A stretch of 64,000 bases of DNA from a virus, in the IMG/VR virus record IMGVR_UViG_3300045988_155520, positions 1 through 64,000 of that record, one strand, 5' to 3'. Within the stretch, counting starts at the first letter, position 1. Every line of letters starts with the position of its first letter. Positions 53,145 through 64,000 of the stretch are shown piece after piece. Both the position numbers and the translations under genes were made by a program. The notes under the pieces were generated by a model that saw only the letters and a program-made list of their open reading frames with translations, had not been told where the DNA came from and made no database searches.

Positions 53145-55948
53145 ACTATATCATCAGCTTTAACGTAATTATTTTTATCTTCATCAGAAATAACTGAACC
53201 TGCTGGGTCGTAAGGTGCTTGAGAAGCCCACATTCCAACATTATCGAATGGGTCTTGTCTTCTCAATTTTAAGTTAATTGATGTATTAATATAAATAGCA
53301 CCATTTGTAAATGGATTAATACTATCACTATTCTTATTATCAAAACCATCTTGGATGATTTCTCTCCACCTAATAGCACATGAACCATCTTTCGCTATCG
53401 TATAATAGCTTGGTATTAATAGATTACTAACGTTGAATAAACGATATCTCATTTTAAGTAGAGAATCACCAGCGGTTATTATTGGTATTTCATTATTAAC
53501 TACCTTAATTTGTTTCCCGTTATCTTCCTTATAAAATATACATGAAAAAATGTAATTATCCATTACTTTTTGAACAACACCTCTATAAATAATCCGCTTG
53601 TCTACATCATACATAACGATGCTGTCACCTTGTTTTAATCTATGTTCCTGTAATGTTTTAAAAGTACATTCATCGTTGTTTGTAACAAGTGTACGTATTC
53701 TTATAATTTCAGGGTGTATCTCTTGTAAACTTCCAAAACTTCTCAGTTTTATTTCATAATGAGGTTTATAGAAATATCCTTCTTTTTTTTGACAAACTTC
53801 ATTTTTACTCTTCGTATCTATTACAAATGAATTAGGATAACCACCTTCATTACTCTTATCTTCTAAATCATAATCGTCACTTACAATTTCGTCATAGTAA
53901 TACTTGTTAAAGTATGTATAAGCTCTGTCACGCTTTTTCACAAGTTCTCGTTGTGCTGTGTTAAAACGGAAAAGTGCATCGTCTACAATAGACTCTGTAC
54001 AAGAATGATTGTCGTAACACACAAAATCACCATAAAAATGAATATCATTCTTAACATCTATTTCATCCTCCTCTGCTATTGAAACTGCACCTGCACCTCT
54101 TTTATTGATATTTTTGATTGGTAAACCTGTTTTATTATCTATATTGTTTACATTCGTAATACTTGTGTAGTTAAAATTAATAGCTTCTTCACTTTTATGA
54201 AATTGAGCCGATAATTTGCCAAAACAATGAGAATACTCAATACTATCGTGAATGATATTTAATTCATTCTCATACGCACCATACCAATACTTATACCCAC
54301 TATTATTCTTTAAAATTGTAAGATAAATAGAAGTTAAAGGTCTTCCGAGATTATCTTTTAAGCCAGTAATATCAATATCATCTGTATATACAATTTCTCC
54401 TATTTGGTCTGAATAAATATTTTTAGCAAAAGCTAACTTAGAACAATGATTTTCAAAATCATATTGCGGTTTTTGATACTCCTTAATAAGTTTGCCATCA
54501 TCTTTATATATATCTTCTTCTGCTGCGGTCGTTTCGGCAAATCTAAAGTTAGGTAAACGTGAAAATATTCTTACATAATAATCACATTCTATTCCATAGT
54601 TTACCTTCTTAAATGATATGTTTTGTGAACTATCATCTAAGTTAACACGTTTATTAACTATTCTATATTCTTTTCCATCTAATATTCTACTTACAGTATT
54701 TCCGTGATTGGTTATTCTGTATTGAGTTCTATCTAAATCACTAATCTGTACCCACTCTTTACCAATCCGCGTATTACCATTCTCGGTGATAAATATGAAA
54801 CTATCAAATACTTTTTTAACTTCCACTGAAGGTATGATTAACTCATCTCCATTATAGATGTTTACTCTATCACCTTCTGATAAACCATGTTTCGCTGAAC
54901 TATAGAAATTGATTTGTCCAGAACCATTGTCAGACTTGGTATTTTCATCAAATAGGACAATTTTGATTGCTCCCTTGCAATACCCATCATTTTTCTCTCC
55001 TTGTCCTAAGAAATCTATGCCTTCTATTGTAGAACTGCTTGGATAAGTTAAACAATATTCCCAATTCTTCTCGATACGGTTCTTATGAGGATTAAATTTT
55101 GGAACAAAGCTATATAGGTCACGACCTGGATACATATCAATAAAATCACCTGCATTGTAATTTATTAATGTTCTATTGATATTTAACCCATTACATTTAT
55201 CACTATTATCACAAAAGGTATTAATCTTAGCACCATTATTGAAACCAAACCACCCATTGTAAGTTTTTCTTAATTTTGTATCAAGCGTTGTGTCATAAGA
55301 AGATATATCATCATATGTATATACATGAAGTTTTTTCTTCTTTCTTCCGCCAGCAATATTGGCTGAAACAGGATACATAATATCGTCAATTATTTCTTCT
55401 CCGCTCCATGTTCTCATTCTGTCAGATATTGTATTAAAATTAGAATAATCTTTACTATTCTTAGTATCTATCTGACATATTGTTTTAAATGTCTTACTTC
55501 TTAATAAATGATTATTAAAAATATCCTTTCCGCAATGATAAGTTAAGTAGCCTGACAATTGTGTATCTCTGATTGCTTCTAATGTATTATAATCTTTACT
55601 ATACCAGCTTGATAAGTTTGTACTTTTATATAAAACATTATCAATTTTTCTCTTACCTAAATTACCTTGGTCTCCATAGTTCAAAAGATATACATCATCA
55701 CTGCCCTCATTTCCTACAATCTCTGTCATACTATTATTTAACACATTGGTACATAAAGTGTTGACTTGAAATGTGAGTCTATAACGTTGACAAGAGCTAC
55801 GTTCGTCTTGATACAGTTGTAAAGTGTCCAATACACCAGTCATTTCACTTGGTGGTAAGAGTTTTCTCCTACCACCAATGAAAATATCTGAACCTACGCT
55901 TTTATTAACACTTTCTTTACTTCTAAATTTTTCTAAAAATGCTTGCAT
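53138..55948 (-). CDS. large virion-type protein (about 936 aa)
   Basis: Start is set at the ATG MQAFLEKF. The track extension to 55996 overlaps the upstream gene. Confidence 0.7.
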   Translation of the reverse strand: MQAFLEKFRSKESVNKSVGSDIFIGGRRKLLPPSEMTGVLDTLQLYQDERSSCQRYRLTFQVNTLCTNVLNNSMTEIVGNEGSDDVYLLNYGDQGNLGKRKIDNVLYKSTNLSSWYSKDYNTLEAIRDTQLSGYLTYHCGKDIFNNHLLRSKTFKTICQIDTKNSKDYSNFNTISDRMRTWSGEEIIDDIMYPVSANIAGGRKKKKLHVYTYDDISSYDTTLDTKLRKTYNGWFGFNNGAKINTFCDNSDKCNGLNINRTLINYNAGDFIDMYPGRDLYSFVPKFNPHKNRIEKNWEYCLTYPSSSTIEGIDFLGQGEKNDGYCKGAIKIVLFDENTKSDNGSGQINFYSSAKHGLSEGDRVNIYNGDELIIPSVEVKKVFDSFIFITENGNTRIGKEWVQISDLDRTQYRITNHGNTVSRILDGKEYRIVNKRVNLDDSSQNISFKKVNYGIECDYYVRIFSRLPNFRFAETTAAEEDIYKDDGKLIKEYQKPQYDFENHCSKLAFAKNIYSDQIGEIVYTDDIDITGLKDNLGRPLTSIYLTILKNNSGYKYWYGAYENELNIIHDSIEYSHCFGKLSAQFHKSEEAINFNYTSITNVNNIDNKTGLPIKNINKRGAGAVSIAEEDEIDVKNDIHFYGDFVCYDNHSCTESIVDDALFRFNTAQRELVKKRDRAYTYFNKYYYDEIVSDDYDLEDKSNEGGYPNSFVIDTKSKNEVCQKKEGYFYKPHYEIKLRSFGSLQEIHPEIIRIRTLVTNNDECTFKTLQEHRLKQGDSIVMYDVDKRIIYRGVVQKVMDNYIFSCIFYKEDNGKQIKVVNNEIPIITAGDSLLKMRYRLFNVSNLLIPSYYTIAKDGSCAIRWREIIQDGFDNKNSDSINPFTNGAIYINTSINLKLRRQDPFDNVGMWASQAPYDPAGSVISDEDKNNYVKADDIVC

Positions 55949-55955
55949 AAATTTC

Positions 55956-58900
55956 CTAAATAAACTTATCAGTATAAATCTTATAAACAAAACCATTTGG
56001 TGTGGTCATATAAACGAAAAATGGTCTACTCTTAGTTATTTTTTTAACGTCCTTAGTCATTCTAAGCGTTAATACAACATCACCAGAATTAGATTTACTA
56101 TATTCATAATCTAAATGTATAAAATCAGACAATATTGCTGTTACTACAGGCATATTATATTCATCAACAGAATATTCCTCCGTATAATAACGAATATTGA
56201 AATCTAAACCTTCTTTATACATGAGTGAAAGATTTATCTTAGTACTTAAACGTATTACAAGAGTTTCGTCATTTTCAAAATCAAAAGTAACATCAAAATC
56301 TCTTGTATCAATAGGTTCACTGAATGAATAAACCTCAGCACTTCTCGTTATGTTATTTGTATTTGACTCTACGCAATTAAGAGGTGTTACAATGGTAGAT
56401 ACCTTGTTACCGAAGTCATAATCACACACAAACTGTGCTGATAACAAATCTTTATCTGTTAAAAGAAGGCTGGTACCTCCTCCATCACCCTTTAGATACA
56501 TTTTATGAGTTTGATAAAAGTACATAGTCTTATTATCTTTATCTCTAAATAAAGTTAATAATTTTGTCATTGCTTTATTTCTCAATTCATCACGTAATCT
56601 CTGCTTTTTAATAAAATTAGGTATATCAAGACTGTTAATTAATGCGAATTTAGCAACTTCATCATATGTTTCTATCATTTTATTAAGTCCCGCTTTGGAA
56701 GATTTTACACCAGCATAAACACCTTCGTTTACACCAAAAACAAATGGTACCATTGGATAGATATCACTTTCAGAATCTGAAGAAGTTGAGAAACTAAGTG
56801 TAAATTTTTGAGCTCTTAGGCCAGCTCTTCCACCACGTCCATCTGGTACTCTAAATAAGATACTATAGTCATCTTCATTTGTAGAACCTATAACAGGTGT
56901 TACGATATTAGCGAAATTACCCTTAAAAGTACATTCCTCACCTCTTTTTGTAATTGCACTTACTATCGGTGAGTCGTTATTTTCTGTATTCACTTCTGAC
57001 TTTATGTCATATGAGCAACTTGTAAAAGATAAATTAATATCGTTTACTTCGATATCATTTAAAGTGAACTCTCTTTTAGAGGGATAAGATATAGGAAAAC
57101 TTTCATCATTGGTAAAAGTAAAATCATTCGTTTTATCTACTCCATTAATTGAAACTTCGTAGAATCTACGTGTATTTCCATTTGTAGCACCATTCCATTT
57201 TAGATTTCCATATTTATCATAGCTATATTCTAACTTATTATCGTTATCAACAATATTATAATTTTTATCATAATTTAAAACTATACCATTATATATTGTA
57301 CCACATATAAATCCTTTTTGCCAGTCCTTAGAACCGTTTATTAGTCCATCTGAATGATATAAAGACGGAGTTACAAAATAGTATTTATAATCCAATCTTC
57401 TATCCACCGTCATATATCTAAAGTATGGCTTTGAATAATTAGATGGTACCACAGCTAAACCACCATGTGTATTATCACTGCTATCTAAAACATCATTTTG
57501 AACAATATAATTAGTATTAACATTTATTACAGGTACATTATTTATTTGTCCATTAAAAGGATATGACATAGCTGGTATTCTTTGATAAGAATTAAAAGAC
57601 TTACTATTACTACTTTTCTTTATACCTGCATTATTTGTGAACGCAGCTATATAGTTGCCACTATATGCACCGCCACCTAACTTAGGGTTTAACTGACCAG
57701 TGAATTTATCATTACTCTTTCTTATTTCTTTATCATTATAATTACTACTAACAATGTTAGGTAAAGACTTAGCAAACACAATAGAGTATATATTACCCAA
57801 AGCATAATTGTTGATTCTACCATTATCATTTAAGTCCTCATCATCTTCATACATAGGAGATAAAGTTCTTACGGTAGTAGGTTTCTTACCGCCAATTGTT
57901 TCAATTGAAAGAGTTTTTAAACTCTCATCATTGAAATATTGAGTATGTAGTAACTTAAACATATTATTCAACTTATAACTAACCTTATTAAGATTAGTAA
58001 TAGTTGCATCACCTGAAAGATTTATGTAATCTTCCCATTCTAAATTACTTGAAGGGTATAAATATACAGATGGGTCAAATGAATAAATCCACCCATTTTT
58101 ATTATCGTTTGAAATAATAAGAAAACCATTCTTATTCATAGGAAATATACTATCTTCGTAATAGAAATTACTTCTATAACCTGATGCAGTAGTAACTAAC
58201 TCGTGTCTTCCTAAGAGAGTTCTTAATGGAACATCATTTAATAAAACATCAAAAGTTTCTCCATTTTCAATAGTTATTGGTGTCATGGAATATGTATAAC
58301 CAATATGGTCTTCATCTTCTTTTTCTTGTACGTAATTACTGTTACAAGACTGAATTAAACCAATATTATATACATCTGGATAAAACATATTGAAATCAAA
58401 TTCCAAAACGCTATCAATTTTCTCAGATTTATTTACTCCATTCTTATCTACGTAATCAACCGTGTAATCACGTTGTTCAAACGATACATAGGTATTTCCA
58501 GTATTAGATGTTGTTTCTTTATATGAAAGTTCTGCCAGACCACTTCCGTTAACAGGTTCTATCGTTAAATAAACAACCTTTTCTATATTTTCATTTTTAC
58601 TTATGAAGTGGTTTACCCTTATTTCATAACACATTAAATGTGATTTTTCGTTTACCTTAAATGCTTTTTTAACAACATCGGGAATTTCAATTTCAGTTAA
58701 CAATTTGATATTACTTTCACTTGTTAAAACATATTCATCACCATCAATCATTATAGCACTTACTTTTATAGAGCCATTTAAATCGTTACTAATTATATTA
58801 TTTTTACTACTCTCGTTTATTCTTGCAGCTTCTTCTTGCCTTTTATGACTATCGGTAGATGTGGCTTCTGAACTTATGTATCTTCCACCTAATTCCGATG

Positions 58901-61900
58901 CTTCGTAAACTAAGTTGATGCCATCATTTGAAAGTCTAACAGACTTAGTAACAGTACGTCCATTAGCATCCGTGATTTTGATTTTATATAAATTATTCTT
59001 TATCAATGAATCTTTAATAAAACCATTTCCTTTCGCTTTATTTGAGAAAATAGGGGTACCATCATCTTTAACTTCACAACCTATACCGATATACCTATCA
59101 TTCTGCTCTTCTATAATATCACCAACTAAGTTTCCGTAATAATCATATACCTCATATGAATAAGGCATTGCAATATTATTTACGTCAATGATAATGTAAG
59201 CAAAATCTTCTGGTTTTGTAGGACAACTACTTAAAGATTTATATTTCACATCACTACTAAATGGAAATTTCTTGTCACTAAAGCACTCTGCAAAGAATTG
59301 CTTATTAAATTTATCCAATGCTGTACTTCCTGCCTTTGCGCCAAAATAGAAATAAAAAGAGTTATTATACAATGGAAAACTAACTCTACTACTATTTGAT
59401 GAGTAGAAGTGCCACAAAGATGGATTTCCAGAACCATATCTAAACTCCATGTAGGATTTATCAAAATTATCATATTCACCCTGCTTGAATGTATTTCTTC
59501 TAACGAAATTATCAATTGACGTTTGCATTTTTCCATCAAAGTTTACAGGATAAAGATATTTTAATTTATTGAAATAATATCCTGTATTTGAATCCATTAT
59601 ATAGTTTTCTAATTTAGGGACAAAGCCAATATGGTTTAATGTTGCAAACATCGCTCTTGATTCATAATCATCTATTTCTAATTTTGTAATCATACCATCA
59701 GGTCTAAACTCTCCCCATGTGTTTTCGTTTACACCATATTGTACACGATACAACATATCGTTAGAAACGCCTAATTCACACATTCTCTCAGCATTGATAC
59801 AAGATTTTGGAGAAGATGATACACTCTGGCATTCAAGGTCCATAAAAAGTCCACCTTTATATTGTACCTCTCCGTCTTTCTTAGCACCATATCCCCAATC
59901 CATACCAGTTGTAATGTATGAACCAACATCTTCCGCAGCACCGTCATTTATATCTTTTTTGTCTCTTTCGGCATCATCACCTTTAGCTTCTGTGGTAGTT
60001 GCAATAGGTGGTATATTACTCGTAGTAGATGGAAGATATTTAAACAATTGAGGTATACCATGTAAATCATTTTCATCTAAACTTCCAAGTAATATAATAT
60101 CAGTAGCATATAATCTAACGTACTGTAAAGGCGTAGTTACCTCATTTGGCTTATTCACTCTATCTCTTGGAGTACCAGGAGTATAGTAATAAATGTCTAA
60201 ATTATCTTTATTTAAAACATTTTTTATAATACCACTATTTAACCACACTGTGTCACTATTTTTATGCATACGCATACTATATGGACCCTCTAAATGTCTT
60301 AATGTACTTGTAGAAGGAGTCTTCTGAGATTTTATAGATGGATAAGATAACTTACAAGCGTTTGTTAACTTAAGTCTCTTGTAATATGTAGAACATGAAC
60401 AGAACTCATTTTTAGCACGAGAATGGAAAAGACCAAATAAGAACGATTTTTTCTTTCTTTTACGCCATCTCCATAAAGGCATGTACAAAGTTCCATTTAA
60501 CCAATCATTATAGAAATCCATTTTTGCAATCTCGTATTCACCAGCAAGATTCTGCTGGATAGTATCTATCATAGTATGGTTATCTGATTCCTTCTTACAA
60601 TTAGGAATACTATCTGGACATTTAGCCTTATCACAAGCAACGTGTCTACTTTTACCACAATTACAACCTGGATAGTATGCTGTATTTCCTTCACCAGCTA
60701 AACCTGCGCCAAAGGATATACATCCTACTGGAAATAACCATGATAAATCAAAAAGTTTAACTTTTAATATTGGTATTCTTACAATAAGGATATAATCAAT
60801 TAAAGCTACAAGCACTGTATTTATTGCACTAATAACCGCAACAAGTACCGCTATAATAGTACACAATACCATATATGTAAAGTGTAAATCAAATCTTAAC
60901 GTATTAAAAGGCGCTGGATTTTGATTCTTCACCACATTAGTAGCTTTAATACCACTATAATGTTTTGATGTATTACGTCGAGCTGTTTGTATACGTGGTA
61001 TATAATTTTTTACACTATACACCTTATTCCAATACATATCTCTAAAGCAATTATCGGGCGTAGATGAACCGAACTCAAAATATTTATCTAAATCAACACC
61101 GTTTTTTACTGTTGGGATAGTATACTCACTGCCCTCTAAAATTTCGGGATTATTCGGTACTAAATATTTTGCAGTATGTCTTGAGAATCCTTCGTCACCT
61201 GATTCATGTTTACTAAATCTAAAACGTACCCTTGTTCTTGTTGGTATGCCTTTACTTGGATTATTTGTCGGAATAATATTACCATACTCGTCAGTACCAA
61301 TATAGTCAAGATTCATTGGAATTTGATAACAGAATACTCCGTCTGAATCAATCAAACGATTTCCTTGTATTTGTATTTCCTCTGTAAGACCATCGTTGGT
61401 CTTGCGTATCATTTCTATTGTTCCGTCACCAGGAATCAACTGCTCATTATAGCCGTTAAAAATCGCTGGAGTACATCTATGTTCAATAGAGTTATTAGAG
61501 TTGTCACTTACAACAGAACCCATAAATACACAAGTTGGTTCAAACTTATATTGTATTTGAATATCTGCACGTGTTATCGCTACTATACCATTGTCTTTAT
61601 CACCCCAGAATGGATGAACATAAACACTTTTATCTTGAGAAAAAATCTGAACAAGGTTGTCAAGATTGGTACTACTCTTAAACTGAGAAGCATTATCGAA
61701 TTGGGTTATATTATAACCTTTATACTCGAAATCTCTTGGTTTTTGTGATAATATACCAATATCTGACAAATCAATGTCAATATGAATCTGTTGTGTTCCT
61801 ACAGGTACGCCAAATAACATATAGTCACCAGCTTGATTAGTTACCGTAGTATACTTCCAGTATTTATCATAAATCTCAAGTTGTATATCATTATCTAAAA

Positions 61901-62273
61901 GATAAGTTTTATTTGGAAATGTACCAACTACTCTATAGCAATCATTATCACCTTCGTTCGGTAATATATTATAACGTCTTCCTTCTTTATCTCTTGTTTG
62001 TTTTGATGAGTAAGGATATATTGATGCTAATTCGCTGTCTTCACCATCTTCTTTTGGTATAAAGATAGAAACTTTAGCATTTGGTATACCAAAGGCATCA
62101 TTAGCTAATACTCGCCCAACTATAACACCATAGTTAGACGAGTGTATTCTGTATGCATTCTCCTGTGTCATTGACATGGTTAAGACTTCCATCATCTCGA
62201 AGTCTTGCTTCATGTTCACCTGCAATACAGTATCACTATTTATGTTTGTTTTAACTCTATACTTCTTCTCCAT
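55956..62273 (-). CDS. giant protein (2105 aa): N-terminal carboxypeptidase-regulatory-like domain, internal hydrophobic segment, Cys-rich patch
   Basis: GVIVGRVLANDAFGIPNAKVSIFIP is CarboxypepD_reg-like. Residues 464-498 (nt ~60780..60884) are hydrophobic. CNCGKSRHVACDKAKCPDSIPNC follows. Confidence 0.75.
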   Translation of the reverse strand: MEKKYRVKTNINSDTVLQVNMKQDFEMMEVLTMSMTQENAYRIHSSNYGVIVGRVLANDAFGIPNAKVSIFIPKEDGEDSELASIYPYSSKQTRDKEGRRYNILPNEGDNDCYRVVGTFPNKTYLLDNDIQLEIYDKYWKYTTVTNQAGDYMLFGVPVGTQQIHIDIDLSDIGILSQKPRDFEYKGYNITQFDNASQFKSSTNLDNLVQIFSQDKSVYVHPFWGDKDNGIVAITRADIQIQYKFEPTCVFMGSVVSDNSNNSIEHRCTPAIFNGYNEQLIPGDGTIEMIRKTNDGLTEEIQIQGNRLIDSDGVFCYQIPMNLDYIGTDEYGNIIPTNNPSKGIPTRTRVRFRFSKHESGDEGFSRHTAKYLVPNNPEILEGSEYTIPTVKNGVDLDKYFEFGSSTPDNCFRDMYWNKVYSVKNYIPRIQTARRNTSKHYSGIKATNVVKNQNPAPFNTLRFDLHFTYMVLCTIIAVLVAVISAINTVLVALIDYILIVRIPILKVKLFDLSWLFPVGCISFGAGLAGEGNTAYYPGCNCGKSRHVACDKAKCPDSIPNCKKESDNHTMIDTIQQNLAGEYEIAKMDFYNDWLNGTLYMPLWRWRKRKKKSFLFGLFHSRAKNEFCSCSTYYKRLKLTNACKLSYPSIKSQKTPSTSTLRHLEGPYSMRMHKNSDTVWLNSGIIKNVLNKDNLDIYYYTPGTPRDRVNKPNEVTTPLQYVRLYATDIILLGSLDENDLHGIPQLFKYLPSTTSNIPPIATTTEAKGDDAERDKKDINDGAAEDVGSYITTGMDWGYGAKKDGEVQYKGGLFMDLECQSVSSSPKSCINAERMCELGVSNDMLYRVQYGVNENTWGEFRPDGMITKLEIDDYESRAMFATLNHIGFVPKLENYIMDSNTGYYFNKLKYLYPVNFDGKMQTSIDNFVRRNTFKQGEYDNFDKSYMEFRYGSGNPSLWHFYSSNSSRVSFPLYNNSFYFYFGAKAGSTALDKFNKQFFAECFSDKKFPFSSDVKYKSLSSCPTKPEDFAYIIIDVNNIAMPYSYEVYDYYGNLVGDIIEEQNDRYIGIGCEVKDDGTPIFSNKAKGNGFIKDSLIKNNLYKIKITDANGRTVTKSVRLSNDGINLVYEASELGGRYISSEATSTDSHKRQEEAARINESSKNNIISNDLNGSIKVSAIMIDGDEYVLTSESNIKLLTEIEIPDVVKKAFKVNEKSHLMCYEIRVNHFISKNENIEKVVYLTIEPVNGSGLAELSYKETTSNTGNTYVSFEQRDYTVDYVDKNGVNKSEKIDSVLEFDFNMFYPDVYNIGLIQSCNSNYVQEKEDEDHIGYTYSMTPITIENGETFDVLLNDVPLRTLLGRHELVTTASGYRSNFYYEDSIFPMNKNGFLIISNDNKNGWIYSFDPSVYLYPSSNLEWEDYINLSGDATITNLNKVSYKLNNMFKLLHTQYFNDESLKTLSIETIGGKKPTTVRTLSPMYEDDEDLNDNGRINNYALGNIYSIVFAKSLPNIVSSNYNDKEIRKSNDKFTGQLNPKLGGGAYSGNYIAAFTNNAGIKKSSNSKSFNSYQRIPAMSYPFNGQINNVPVINVNTNYIVQNDVLDSSDNTHGGLAVVPSNYSKPYFRYMTVDRRLDYKYYFVTPSLYHSDGLINGSKDWQKGFICGTIYNGIVLNYDKNYNIVDNDNKLEYSYDKYGNLKWNGATNGNTRRFYEVSINGVDKTNDFTFTNDESFPISYPSKREFTLNDIEVNDINLSFTSCSYDIKSEVNTENNDSPIVSAITKRGEECTFKGNFANIVTPVIGSTNEDDYSILFRVPDGRGGRAGLRAQKFTLSFSTSSDSESDIYPMVPFVFGVNEGVYAGVKSSKAGLNKMIETYDEVAKFALINSLDIPNFIKKQRLRDELRNKAMTKLLTLFRDKDNKTMYFYQTHKMYLKGDGGGTSLLLTDKDLLSAQFVCDYDFGNKVSTIVTPLNCVESNTNNITRSAEVYSFSEPIDTRDFDVTFDFENDETLVIRLSTKINLSLMYKEGLDFNIRYYTEEYSVDEYNMPVVTAILSDFIHLDYEYSKSNSGDVVLTLRMTKDVKKITKSRPFFVYMTTPNGFVYKIYTDKFI

Positions 62274-62520
62274 CCTTAATACCGAGGGTTGTTTTTAAAA
62301 AATTATCAGACATTCTAAAATAAGCTGCACCATTGAAAATAAAGTTGTATATTACTACCATCAATACGATAGGTAAGCTTATAATACTAATAACTATTGT
62401 TATTAATGTCATTATCAAACGCTTAGTATATCTTATTAACTTATCAAGACTATTCTCATTATTTGGTGCTTCACCATAAATTTCTTGCATTTTTCTTGCA
62501 CCCTTACAATTGCACGACAT
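62257..62520 (-). CDS. small membrane protein (87 aa)
   Basis: Central TM segment LIMTLITIVISIISLPIVLMVVIY. Confidence 0.5.
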   Translation of the reverse strand: MSCNCKGARKMQEIYGEAPNNENSLDKLIRYTKRLIMTLITIVISIISLPIVLMVVIYNFIFNGAAYFRMSDNFLKTTLGIKDGEEV

Positions 62521-62542
62521 ATATTCCCTTTTTAAAACATTA

Positions 62543-64000
62543 TTATTTAATCTTTGCTCTTACCTGTATATCAGTAGCCATATCTAAAATTTCATACATT
62601 GAATTATAATCTCCATATAAAACCTTATCCGAAGCATTTAAATCTAACTCTTCCGCAAATGAACCTTCTGCATTCAATTTAAATCCTAATCTATTAGACT
62701 GACCACACACTGTTGTTTCAGTATATCGAGGAAGCGGACATTTATCAGAACTATAGATACCATTATATATATTCCAAACCCTCAAGTCTATTAAGTTTAT
62801 AACCCCATCAAGCTGACTAATAGATTTTTCTAAATCTCCAATAAAAATATCTTCTCCCATATCGTGTTTTTCAATATCCATATAATCAGCTATCATATTG
62901 ATAATTGTTGAAACAACTTCAGATGTATTATAATTTTTATCTACAAATACATCAACTGAAAAACCAACATCATAAATCTTACCGCTTTTGATTTCAATAT
63001 AATCATTAAGAGATTTATAACCTTCTAAATAATTCATAACATTTTCTACAAGTGTCTGTGGTAATGCTGAATCTAACTTTCTATCAGCATTCATTCCAAG
63101 GAAACTCATTTCTATCTTATTGTTATTCTCTATAACCATAGACCTGAATGGTGCACCATATTTGGCTGGCATCTCTGATAATCTTGCCTTATAGTCTTTT
63201 AATGTTACACATCTACCTTGTGCACCGCTACTATATTTAATAAGGTATTTAATTTCTTGTGCTGACGGTGCATCTTTTCCTGAAACAGCCGTACTAACAT
63301 TAGTTACTGACAGAGATTGTATTACACTTGCCTTTACTTTACCATCTAAACTACTAACATTACCAAAGTCAAAATTAACAGTTGTTGCTGCATTGATAGA
63401 ACCTGGACCTAAATTAGTTTCAGAACCGCCACCTACACGGTACATAATAAACATAGTCCATCCCTCTTTAGGTAGTACACCAAGCATGTCATTATTGATA
63501 ATTTTAGATGCTTCGTAATCAGCATAGGTAGTTTGAAGCGTTGGAACTTCATCGTATTTAATACCAGCACCAAAAATAACTTTCATATATCCATTATCAG
63601 TATATTCTGTAATAAATTTCTGCGACAATGGTTTCCATTCTCCACGATAATATCTACTTGTTCTGACCGTACCATTGTAAGTCGTTTCAGTATAATCATC
63701 ATAAATCTCTGGATTATATCTATCCTGTATAATATCTGTATGACCGCTGTAATTTACTTTAGTACCCCATCTATATTGTTCTGCAAGAGAATCACATTCA
63801 AAGAAACGATATGTAGTTGTAGCTTCTTTACTTAAACGATACTCTTCCGCATCAATATAATACTCTGACATTTTAGGATTATCCGTATAATCAGAAGTTT
63901 CTTTGAAAATTATAGATTCAACATTCATTACATTTGTTTCTGGTAAAACAAACTCCATAAATGGCTGTAAATCTGAACGTGTAATAACTTTCTTATAAAC
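62543..64000 (-). CDS. baseplate J (gp6/gpJ)-like protein, 5' end outside the window
   Basis: SGKDAPSAQEIKYLIKYSSGAQGRCVTLKDYKARL fits the baseplate-J core. The frame stays open from 63958 to the window edge (VYKKVITRSDLQPF-MEF...), so the true start is probably upstream. Confidence 0.6.
   Translation of the reverse strand, partial: VYKKVITRSDLQPFMEFVLPETNVMNVESIIFKETSDYTDNPKMSEYYIDAEEYRLSKEATTTYRFFECDSLAEQYRWGTKVNYSGHTDIIQDRYNPEIYDDYTETTYNGTVRTSRYYRGEWKPLSQKFITEYTDNGYMKVIFGAGIKYDEVPTLQTTYADYEASKIINNDMLGVLPKEGWTMFIMYRVGGGSETNLGPGSINAATTVNFDFGNVSSLDGKVKASVIQSLSVTNVSTAVSGKDAPSAQEIKYLIKYSSGAQGRCVTLKDYKARLSEMPAKYGAPFRSMVIENNNKIEMSFLGMNADRKLDSALPQTLVENVMNYLEGYKSLNDYIEIKSGKIYDVGFSVDVFVDKNYNTSEVVSTIINMIADYMDIEKHDMGEDIFIGDLEKSISQLDGVINLIDLRVWNIYNGIYSSDKCPLPRYTETTVCGQSNRLGFKLNAEGSFAEELDLNASDKVLYGDYNSMYEILDMATDIQVRAKIK

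Noticed and set aside
55956-62273. crAss-like virion RNA polymerase as the identity of the 2105-aa protein
   Set aside because: - I found no DxDGD or DFDGD-type catalytic motif.
- The context is a baseplate-J operon, and the N-terminus is a carboxypeptidase-regulatory-like domain.
1-64000. A tnpA (Y1 HUH transposase) partner for the four IS200/IS605-type elements
   Set aside because: No ORF in the track shows a HUH or catalytic-Tyr transposase pattern. The elements appear non-autonomous within this window.

Overview
AT-rich, gene-dense segment of a large tailed phage or prophage. Its promoters follow the Bacteroidota pattern (-33 TTTG, -7 TAnnTTTG), which points to a Bacteroidota host. Almost all genes are on the minus strand; short plus-strand islands are closed by bidirectional hairpin terminators.

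Contents:
- Two tRNA islands (1-1210 and 3924-4110) plus single tRNA-Arg and tRNA-Leu genes. I count 10 tRNA genes. One tRNA-Ile(UAU) is split by a 47-nt insert, and one tRNA has a 9-nt anticodon loop. A byte-identical 67-nt promoter module precedes both islands.
- An accessory block: an OmpA-family outer-membrane protein, two leucine-rich-repeat paralogs, TelA-like, GH108 lysozyme, SSB, NadE, a DUF2828/vWA protein, two sigma-70-family factors, a RecB-type nuclease, a PI-PLC-like protein, ClpP, and small membrane proteins.
- Four related IS200/IS605-type elements: two with intact tnpB and no tnpA, and two tnpB-less miniature copies that keep the omega-RNA-like module.
- A recombination/replication module: SbcC/SbcD-like, RuvC-like resolvase, primase, next to a nearly pure A/T palindromic block.
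- A roughly 21-kb run of very large virion-type genes (305-2105 aa) that ends in a baseplate-J-like gene running off the window.

Best candidates for something new:
- A two-copy structured RNA of about 195 nt with compensatory base changes.
- The phage-borne TnpB/omega-RNA family with orphan guide-RNA modules.
- The interrupted tRNA-Ile.

No rRNA, CRISPR array, reverse transcriptase or tnpA was seen. All function calls come from motifs read by eye; no database search was run.
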